64,000 bases of DNA from Lingula anatina. Its lineage: Eukaryota; Animalia; Brachiopoda. A model generated the notes under the pieces. That model ran no database searches, was not told the origin of the DNA, and saw only the letters and a program-made list of their open reading frames with translations. The position numbers and the translations under genes were made by a program. Of the stretch, positions 54,141-64,000 are shown in pieces. Every line of letters begins with the position of its first letter. The first letter of the stretch is position 1. The stretch lies in assembly GCA_051362555.1 (NCBI GenBank), contig CM120649.1, positions 15,514,567 through 15,578,566 on the forward strand, in the 5' to 3' direction.

Positions 54141-54839
54141 GTTTTTTCTTACAAACGAACTTTTCTCTTCCCCATAGCGTACTCGACTTCTTCACTGCTC
54201 AGCTGATGTAAGACTTATGACCTGTTACCGCACAAGTAATCGGCTTATAACTCATTAACTTTGCTATGCCCCCTCATGGCAACGGCCCTAGGCAACAGAG
54301 AAAACTGTACTGTTCGATGTTAAAAGGGACACGGTGATCAGAATACAAAAGGTAATATTCGTTCTTTTTATTTGCTCTGTTTTACAAAATATAATCATTA
54401 TAATTTTACTTTTGCATAATCTAACTTCTTTATTAAATCATGCAATCAACCCTCGCTTGAATGTCTCTCATTTAGCCATTCCCATCACAGTTGTTTCCCG
54501 TATCTCCCAAGCTCCTCTATACATACATATATTGGAGTAGAAAACTTGTTTTTTTTTCTTACAAACGAACTTTTCTCTTCCCCATAGCGTACTCGACTTC
54601 GTCACTGCTCAGCTGATGTAGGACTTATGACCTGTTACCGCACACGTAATCGGCTTATAACTCATTGACTTTGCCCAGCCCCCTCATGACAACGGGCCTA
54701 GGCAACGGAGGAAACTGTACTGTTCGACGTTAAAAGGGACACGGTGATAAGAGTAGAAAAGGTTACAATCGTTCTTTTCATTTGCTCTGTTTTACAAGAT
54801 ATTAACATTATAATTTTACTTTTGCATAATCTAACTTCT
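54141..54839. repeat. Direct duplication of about 290 bp at 410-bp offset (54141-54429 / 54551-54839)
   Basis: Both copies start TTTTTCTTACAAACGAACTTTTCTCTTCCCCATAGCGTACTCGAC and end TTTGCATAATCTAACTTCT. Confidence 0.9.
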
Positions 54840-57760
54840 AACGCGTAAAAGACCGAAATAAATTTATATGTTGCTCATGTTTCATACTTCTACTATACAC
54901 ACTGTATATACACAGTGTATTTTGGTTTGTCCTTACACACACATTGAACTTGCGTCATGAGATATTTAATCTAACATATTCAAACAAATGTATTTTGCTA
55001 AATAGGAAGACTTTTTTTAGTCACGATGAAAATCGCTGCGCACGCATAGATCGGTTTTATGTTTCATAGTTTACTTTCGTGTGAGTGCGTGTGTGTGTGT
55101 GTGTGTGTGGGCATCAGGGTGGGGGACGTAGAGTTGTTGACAGGTACCAGAATGTACATGTACATGTGCCCTTTTTACTGTGGACATTTTCATTATCAAA
55201 ATTTACCCATTTCTTACTAGATTAGCCACAAAAGACTATAACAGATCACCCATAAATTTAAAGTCAATTAATAGGAAAATGCACATAAACACATAAAAAC
55301 ATAACAGCCATAAAAACACACATTAATAAATTCCCCTGCACTCATTGACCCCGCTGACTTTTCAGACAAAATAAGAGAAGAAAATAATAAAAGAACAGAA
55401 AAGAACAGAGAATATGTAAAAATAAAAGAACAGAGAATATGTAAAATATGTAAATTAAGGGACTCTGTGGATGTTCTCTTGTCGTGTGCTCATCTTGTGT
55501 GTTGCAATCCATGCACTCCCTCTCTCCGAAAATGCCCAGTTTGTGTTATAAGCTATCTATGCTAGCTTGGCTCCCCTGACGAGTCCCCATGGACGAAACA
55601 CAAAAGTTGAGCAGACGGCAGGAAAACTGCCGACAATTCTCTTTTTGTGTCGATGTACAGTTCCAATGCACCAACGACTACCAAAAAAAAAAAGAAAAAA
55701 AAAAAAAAAGATTTTAACTGTCTTTTTTTTTTGCATAAAATCGTTCACTATTCTCAAGGATATGGTTTGAGAATATGTGATGAAAATCGATAAAAGCTAA
55801 ATGAGAAAAAAGAGATTATTACAGCTATCATTTGATTAAGAGGAGAATATGTTGAACTTCATTGTAGCTGATTAAAGGTAATTAGCACAGTGCACAGAAC
55901 CAGATGACAATGTTCATTGTTCTGATATAATCTTGGCTGTAGCATAGGTGCATAGGTCGATCACCATTTCAAGTAGAGCCAAAGGGCAAACACTGCCTGA
56001 TCTTATTTTCACGATATGTTTGTTTTGGTGATGTATTAACTTTATATATCATCCATTATCGTACCTACTGTACAAACGGGTACCAGGTCATTCATGTGAT
56101 ACGGAGAGAAATCGCATCATTTTAATGCAAGACACGATTGAAGGTATCTCAGGCAAATTTTATTATTGTCGCATCTCAGAAACTTTCAACACTACAAGTA
56201 TTTTCCTATCGGATCATAGCTAAAAACAAGTATGCTACACTACAATTATACAATTTTGAATGCTCATTTTAAGGAAACAAAACAAGATTGTCTTTACCAC
56301 ATTTTGAATTCCCCAATGAACAAACATATCAAATTCTCACATAGCTTCCAAATTGATAGAACACATTGCACTCATCTTTATAAGTTTATTGTTTCATCCG
56401 CCCGAAGGACCTCGTCACGTTATCGCCATCTACCTGTCGAAATGACACAAAAAGTCATCGACAACCGCCATATGCTCGCTACCTGTACTGGAGGTCACTT
56501 GCCCGAATACACATGGTTTCACGAAGAGCTCGCTCTAAGCTGATTATCCTCTGATCTTGCTCCGCGTTTCTAGTCCCTTCGTTGTTATGTACAAGCCAAG
56601 GTAAATGTACCAGTATATCCCGCGCTTATAGCGCAAAAGAATTATACAAATATCCTATCACTTGATTATGTACCTTTTTCTGTAAGGTTCAAAACAGGGT
56701 GGCACATGACCCTGTCAGACTTTGATATAAATCGGTGTATTTGTTCATTATAGCCCCAAACAAGCGTAATGAATATTGGTTAGTTTGAATCAGCTTCAGT
56801 TACCGTGGTAACAGCACTTGAAAATTACCACCCGATTTCGGTTGTATTTTAGCTTATAAACCATAAAGGCGGATAAATAAAACATTTTTTCATTTTCAGA
56901 CATTGTTAAATATCACATCCTAATTGAACTAAAACACATAATTGTTTTTGCTTGCCTTTAAAAATAAGAAATATATCTTCAAAAATGGTTAATTTTCAAA
57001 AATTGAAATTTTTGCTTAAGTCCCCAAGTTTGCAGTCTTTCTTGTTTGACAGAGATTAAGGCATCTTCTCTGCATAATAGCATATTATATGATTACTTAT
57101 TATGGTGTCAGCACTTTTGTCACTTACTTAAAATACCTGCATATATTTTCTTTCATTCTCTTTGCCCTGAGATATTTATAATTTCGGTTATTTTTTAATA
57201 TTTGTTTTTGAATTTATTCGTAAGAATATCGGGTGTAAGTAAAGTCCATTGGTAACCAGCTACAAAATCAGAGGTTGTGATGTCATAGAAAAGCAGTTAT
57301 CAATGTTAAGCGTGCCCTTTGCCCCATCATGATAGTATTTGGTGTTTTCTCTGCCTCAGCGCTGAGTACTAAATCAATGTTACAATCAGGTAGAAAGTAA
57401 TATTACAACAGTTTCCCATAACACTTTGGTTATGTTAAGTGAAAAGTCAAGTCAACTGCTAGTTTTCAGTATAGAAGTGTGAGAAAAACTTATCCTTACC
57501 GGTAGCAGGCATTCGAAAATATGTCCCTGGAAGGTTGTAAGCGACCGCAATAAAATAGGCGTAGGATGGTAGTCTATTTGGGCCAACGCCTTTTTTCATA
57601 ATTTGTCATGCATGCCTTCTAAATATAATGATCATAAATCATCATATTTTAGAAAAAGAGAGCATACATTTCATTTGTTGGCAAGATTTTACACTAATTG
57701 TTAAGGTTTACATACGCCACGTATTTTAAACTTACGAAACAACAACAACAACAACAATAA

Positions 57761-57791
<31 letters not shown>

Positions 57792-59088
57792 ATGATGCTG
57801 GTGGAAATCACTTTGCGGGTTGTTGCAACCGGTCGCCGACCTCTTTGCAACTACTGGTAACAGTTGCGAATCGTAAAGAGGTTTTGACGTTTTTTTGCGT
57901 GACTGTTACCGCACATGCCTTGCGACCTCAAAGAGATCAAGTATTAAAACAAGAAAATATTAAGGGTATTCTAAGATTAATAAGGATAAAAACATTCAAA
58001 ATTTTGTTTTTCATAACAGCACTGGTTTCGTTAGACGAGGGTGTAGTCTGTTCAAAAGTTCGTTAAACATTGCTGGTTCTATTCTTAGGAAGGAAATGAT
58101 GTATTCCTAGTTTTCAAGTTCAAGTTCTTTCATTATTTGTTCGTAATCGCCATACAAGGGGCGTCTTGCAATCCACGCTCTAACGTAGTATTTCCGAGTT
58201 TTTTTATCCTCTCAAGTAAACAAAGCTAGCTAAGGATAAGTGCCGTCACCACGGTCCCATCTTTTTGAAATGCAGCCATTTTACTAGACCTTTTTTTGTC
58301 TTCTGAGAGGGGAATTCATGAGAAAGCAGCTACCGTCACAAGTTGGCAACATATATATTATGTGCGACCTTGCTGCTAACAGTTGGCTAGCGACCTGCAA
58401 CCTGTTTTTAATCACCAAGTGGTGTTAATCGCTCGGCAAACTAAAAAAAAGTGCGACTGGTAACTTAAAGCTTGAAGATGGTCTATACGAGGTTGCAGAT
58501 ACCATATTGCAACCTTATTGCAATCGGTTTGCGACAGCTTGCCGATAAAAATATGTCATAGGTCCTTAATTAGCCCGCAAAGTGATCGCAAGCGACGACC
58601 AATTTTTGCGGTTACAAACAGATTGCCAAAATGTGACAAGCGCAGTGTGACCCAGGTTTAACAATGCCCAAGCGTAACTGAACACTACACATGCAGGGAC
58701 ATCCACATCATCACTGCCACTCTTTGACTGTGTACCATTTCACCTTTTCTTTAATATTTTTGCTTAAACTTAATACTGACAACAAACGGTTGATATGATT
58801 CTCTGGCGGGGAATCCTTTCTTTTATATGACATCTCTGGCATGCATACCTTCTAAACAACTCTGTCAGTCTGGATATTATTGGCCAAAATATATCACAAC
58901 AGAAGAACAGAAGATATTTTCATCACTCAAAAATAAGCATGATAAAAAGATATTCCATATTTACTCCGTAGATTGTTAAAAAAAACAACTATATCTTAAT
59001 GAAACTTGTAGTGATATATTTTGTTTTTACCTTACCTTAAATGGAAATGTCTTGATGAACCTTTTACACCATCTTGTCATTTTTGCAG

Positions 59089-62000
59089 ATGGCACAAATG
59101 GTTAGCTCGGTGACTGCACGAAAAAGGAAAGAAAACCATTTCCGCATGCAACTTTCACTGGATCTTGCAAACGACGTACTTCGAGATGTTCTCAATAACC
59201 AGTTACAGTCACGATACCCGGGGCTGTTTGGAGCATCAAGTAATGGTGACATATCTGGTGTCCTAAATGACCCAACAGTGAAACATAACTTGCTCAGCTT
59301 AAAAGTGAAGAAAATTTTGAATCCCAGTCAAATGAAAATTCTCTACCCTCCTGGGAGCCCCGCCCCTCCTGTCAAACTGCAGGACTTGGATATTGCCCTG
59401 GCCGTAGTTTTGTTAAGAAATATCACCCACCTGAATCCTCGTGCAAGATGGGACAATCCTCCAGCAACGGACACATCAACTGAGGCCAACATCGGCAGGG
59501 TGAAGGGGTACCGCAACAAAAACGCTCATGGAACAGGCCTCTCAGACGCAGACTTCCAGAGTCAGTTTACTGATCTGAAAGCTACCCTGCTGTCTCTGTC
59601 GTCACTGTATACTAGCGATGAGTACAACAAGTTGCTGACTCAGTCACTGGAAATCTCAGGTGAATCTCTGCTCAAATACTTCTCAAATACTTAATATTTT
59701 GCATCTATGCAACCAGGGCTAATAAAGAAGAATACAATTGTGTATAAGTATCTATTCAAATTTATAAATCACAAGCATAAACAATTACAATTATGCTAAT
59801 TCTATATTCTACAGACTTCAAATTTAATATGGAATATATTTTCCAAATCATTTTTCATCAGTTTTTTCTGTTGTGCTGACTAAATGAAAATAAGGATTAA
59901 AATAGTGTTTTAATGACTTTTAATTATCTCAGATGTCACGGCGACATCAGTTCATTAATTGAATTCGCCTGTAGAGCACACAGAAATACATTGTTCTATG
60001 TCACACGCCATCCATATTTTGGACCTCCATATTTTCTAAATTATCCTCCGTAAAAGAGTTACACGCTCCACAAAGGACCCTCATGCCAGTGTCTAGTCAC
60101 AGCAACGGTCGCTGTTACGCCTGACATCTGGCTCCTACCAGCTCTCTCAAGCGGCAAGGGACTCCTTGGGATAGGCCTTTAGAGTTCAATCTGAATAAAC
60201 ATTTCAGGCATCAGTCAAAACTTGTCCAATCTGGTACAGTTTTGTTGTAGGATATGAAGGCCGTTGATTCGGCGAGTAATGGCCTACCCATATATTGTCT
60301 ATATAATTCAACAATGGTTCAATTTTGATTGCCAAGGTAGCTGCTCATTCCCTTGGTTTTGTAAGTTATCTGCTATTAAACGTGCTCTGTGCGAACCGGC
60401 AATCTCATCGTGCAACCTAAAATTGTTTCTAAGGCGCACCCTATCAAATGATAGTCAAGAGGTTCCCAGATTATTCCTTTATTTGATCTGGTTCAGGTTT
60501 TCGTTAATGACTAACTCTGGTGTATATGGTATGTACTCCAAACACTGACGCGGTCAATGACCCTTGTCACTTTAGACGCGTCACACGCTTCGTTGTAGGT
60601 CTGTAAACTCTATTTTGACTGGTAGGGCGATACAGGTGAAATCTGACCTCAATAAAGAAAGCCACGTGGTTTCAGTGTTCTACACAGGACCGCTCATGGC
60701 CCCCAATTTATTAGGGAAGCAGATGACGATGTTTTGCTGTTTACAGTGGGTTCATCGGAAGTCGTCTGGTATACAAACCTTTAAAAACCAGGTTTGGTTT
60801 TAGCTAGAGACTTTGAAATACGCGTTTTTGTGGCAATTTATCCCTCTTTCTGAATAGACTGGATGGTTTTTGTTTAGTTGCAGTAGCATATTCCGACAGA
60901 CAGTGGGTCCTGTACCCTGTTAGTAAGATTTCGATACACTGGATGTGATCTCTGTGTTGGTCCATCAGTCTGGGCATTACTCTATAAACCTCTGCGGACC
61001 GTTCTGTCTGGCGCTATGATCTGTCTGGCGATGTCTGTCTTTTTCGCGCCATTCTGCCACAGATTAACAAAATTGTAAAGCACTGCTTAGCTCATTTTAC
61101 GCACTGCAAAAACGACTACTTCTTCTATGCAATTCTTCTATGCAGTAGTTGCCAACATATGGATGCTTTTTTGACAGAACCAAGCTTTGACGAGTCCAAA
61201 GGAGCACTACCAAATTAAATCACTGGATATTACTTAGTGCAGCAGCGCAACGGTTTATTGGTAGCGCCACATTTGACTTCACACTTCTCCATTCACATAT
61301 CTTATATGAGATCGGAGTTTTTTTTAAAGAACGCATTTTTACCTAGGCATACCTGAAATATTCCTGAAATATTCCATATTAAATTTCAAGTCTGTCATAA
61401 CACTCTAATGTGACAACATCACTGACAAACGAGAAGTTTATATGTACTGTTACCCCAAGGGCAAAAATGCGATGACAATTTTCAGTGTTCTTTTCAGAAA
61501 CTCCTTGCCAGCTGCTGTCCACTGCGTTACCAAGAATAAGCACAGAGCTGAAGGGACGTGATGACCTTATTGCTACCATACACCAACATATCAGAGATGA
61601 AACTAAACTCATTCTCCTGACCGGGATGGGGGGTATTGGTAAGACCAGCTTAGCAGTTAAGGTCGGAAAAAGCATGCAAAATGTGCTGTACATTGATATG
61701 AGGCAAGTTACAGACCTTAACTCTATCAAGTTATCGTTTGTCCAACACTATCACCCAACGCGCCCTTTGAAAGATTTATACTCTGATTATGAAAACATAT
61801 TCAAACAGATTTTGTCTGGTTTGACTACAGATACATTACTTATCCTCGATAATAACGACTCCATTATCAGTTCAAATAGACAAGAGTTTAGTGATTTTTT
61901 GAAAGATGTAATGAATTCAACACACCATCTTACTTTGTTATGTACCAGTCGTGAAAAGTTTGATTTCACAACACATAACGTAGCTGTGTTAGACATTCCT

Positions 62001-64000
62001 CCAGTTGATAAAACTTCTTCACGTGAAATCATGTGGGAAAGAAAATCAACCAGTCCCACGGGCAGTGAGTTAGAGACATTAGATGAAATGGCAGAATTGT
62101 GTGGCCATAGCCCCCTTGCTTTAAAACTGCTAGCTGCATTACTTGATATGAAACCAACAGAAGCAGTTTTAGAGAAAATGAAGACTCAAAAGATATTATG
62201 CACTCTTTCCATTCCCAGTATGCCAGACGAAATAAGATTTTGTTTTGATATTTCTTTTGAAACATTAGAACCCGAGACAAGAAAAGTGTTCCTTGCACTG
62301 CATATATTCCCCGTTGCTTTTACTCTCAAAGAAGTCTCTGATATTTTAGGATTAGACCCAAATGATTGCGAACATGTCCTTGACAGCCTTGCCGACAAAT
62401 CACTCATTAGTGCTGATAATTATATCTATGATATCCACCCCTTAGTTAGGGAATATGCAGAATTCAATGCCCAGAATTCTGACATTGACATTTTTGAAAT
62501 TCAACGTGCCTATTGCAGTTATTATATAAAAGCTTTCAAAGTGCTTAAATTCAAAGATGTTGGTGCTTCAAAGACAAACATTTTGTCACATATAAAACAT
62601 ACTGCTGCCTTACTTATCAAACATTTAGAAACCCAAGAGGTTTCTGAAAAACTTGAAACTACAGACAAATTAACAGGGATTGCAAACGCACTCTGTGAAT
62701 TTTATCTATATAAAGATGCTCTAAACATAAGCAAGGTGGTGGCAAATGAAAGGGAGGTACTGCAAGGTCCCAAACACCCTGAAACTGCCTCTTTCTACAA
62801 CAATATTGGCTGGGTACTGCAGGCTATGGGTGAGTATAAAGAGGCACTTGATTATCATAATAAAAGCCTGGCAATGCAAGAGGAGACACTTGGTCCCAAA
62901 CACGCTGATACTGCCGACTCTTACGGCAATATTGGCGGCATACTATGGAAAATGGGTGAGTATAAAAAGGCGCTTGATTATCTCAAAAAATGTCTTGCAG
63001 TGAGAGAGGAGATACTCGGTCCCAAACACCCTGATACTGCCTCCACATACAACAATTTTGGAATTGTCCTGAGTGACATGGGTGAGTATCAAGCAGCGCT
63101 TGATTATCATAATAAATGTCTTGCAGTGAGAGAGGAGAAACTCGGTCCCAACCACCGTGATACTGTCTCCTCTTACAACAATATTGGAAATGTACTGCAA
63201 CCCATGGGTGAGTACAAAAAGGCACTTGATTGTTACAATAAATGTCTTGAAGTGAGAGAGAAGATGCTGGGCCCCAACCACCCTGATACTGCCGACTTCT
63301 ACAACAATATTGGTAGTGTGCTGCAAGACATGGGTGAGTATAAAAAGGCACTTGGTTTTTACAATAAATGTACTGCAGTGAGAGAGCAGTTCCTCGGCCC
63401 CAACCACCCTAATACCCTCGACTGCTACAACAATATGGGTAATGTACTGGCACACATGGGTGAGTATAAAAAGGCGCTTGATTCTTACAATAAATGTCTT
63501 GAAGGGAGAGAGAAGATGCTTGGCCCCAACCACCCCGCTACTGCGAACTCCTACAATAACATCGGTAGTGTACTGTCACGCATGGGTGAGTATACAAAGG
63601 CACTTAGTTTTTACAATAAATGTCTTGAAGTGAGAGAGCAGTTGCTCGGCCCCAACCACCCTAATACCCTCGACTGCTACAACAATATTGGCAATGTACT
63701 GGCACGCATGGGTGAGTATAAAAAGGCGCTTGATTATCACACAAAGTGTCTTGAAGTGAAAGAGGAGATACTGGGTCATAACCACCCTGCTACTGCCATC
63801 TGTTACAACAATATTGGTAGTGTCCTACAGGATATGGGTGAGTATAAAGAGGCACTTGACTCTTACAATAAATGTCTTGCAATAGAAGAAAAGATACTCA
63901 GCCCCAACCACCCTGATACCGCCACCTGCTACAACAATATTGGTGGTGTACTGCAGGCCATGGGTGAGTATAAAAAGGCGTTTGATTATTACCATAAATG
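59089..64000 (+). CDS. HEPN (DZIP3-like) - NB-ARC/AP-ATPase - TPR repeat protein (NLR-like STAND), 3'-truncated by the window
   Basis: Exon 59089-59659 (LYPP...DLDIALAVVLLRNI...WDNPPATDTSTEANIGRVKGYRNKNAH) splices in phase 1 to exon 61498->64000, which is open to the window end. It contains Walker A GMGGIGKT (61623-61646), Walker B LLILDN, TSR, CGHSPLAL, IHPLVREYA and then 42-aa TPR repeats. Confidence 0.9.
62766..64000 (+). repeat. Coding tandem array of at least ten 126-bp (42-aa) TPR units
   Basis: Units start at 62766 + 126n. Consensus GPNHPDTAxxYNNIGxVLxxMGEYKKALDYYNKCLxVREExL. Confidence 0.95.

Noticed and set aside
56400-56600. Candidate upstream coding exon for a full-length integrin
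   Set aside because: Minus-strand frames are short with no integrin similarity. The plus-strand donor at 56600/56601 may instead be a 5'UTR exon of the HEPN gene, but this is unverified.
62721-63785. Several repetitive ORFs in alternative frames or on the minus strand over the TPR array
   Set aside because: Shadows of the 126-bp coding repeat. The real frame is the + frame continuing from 61500.
62766-64000. Regular repeats as a CRISPR-like array
   Set aside because: They are contiguous in-frame protein repeats with no unique spacers, in eukaryotic DNA.

Overview
AT-rich genomic DNA from an animal, most likely a marine invertebrate (spliceosomal introns, microsatellites, MITEs, Pol III tRNA genes). 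Manual exon assembly, mostly invisible in the supplied ORF track, gives six protein-coding genes: (1) a 5-coding-exon secreted neuropeptide/peptide-hormone-like precursor (+, 14550-21146) with a CRE/CCAAT/TATA promoter near 3.85-4.03 kb; (2) an intronless GLUT8/Tret1-type sugar porter (-) with substituted sugar-binding residues; (3) a serpin with an intronless CDS, a signal peptide and a GPI-anchor-like tail (+); (4) a small single-Ig-domain protein (+); (5) an 8-exon secreted 'headless' integrin-beta leg protein made of signal peptide, I-EGF repeats and beta-tail domain, with no head, TM or cytoplasmic tail (-); (6) a DZIP3-like HEPN - NB-ARC - TPR NLR-like gene with an intact RxxxxH motif and at least ten 126-bp TPR repeats running off the window end (+). 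The window also has a tRNA-Asp(GTC) cluster (4 intact copies, 2 damaged), several MITE families, a LINE fragment and simple repeats. All protein family calls come from recognising motifs by eye, not from database searches.
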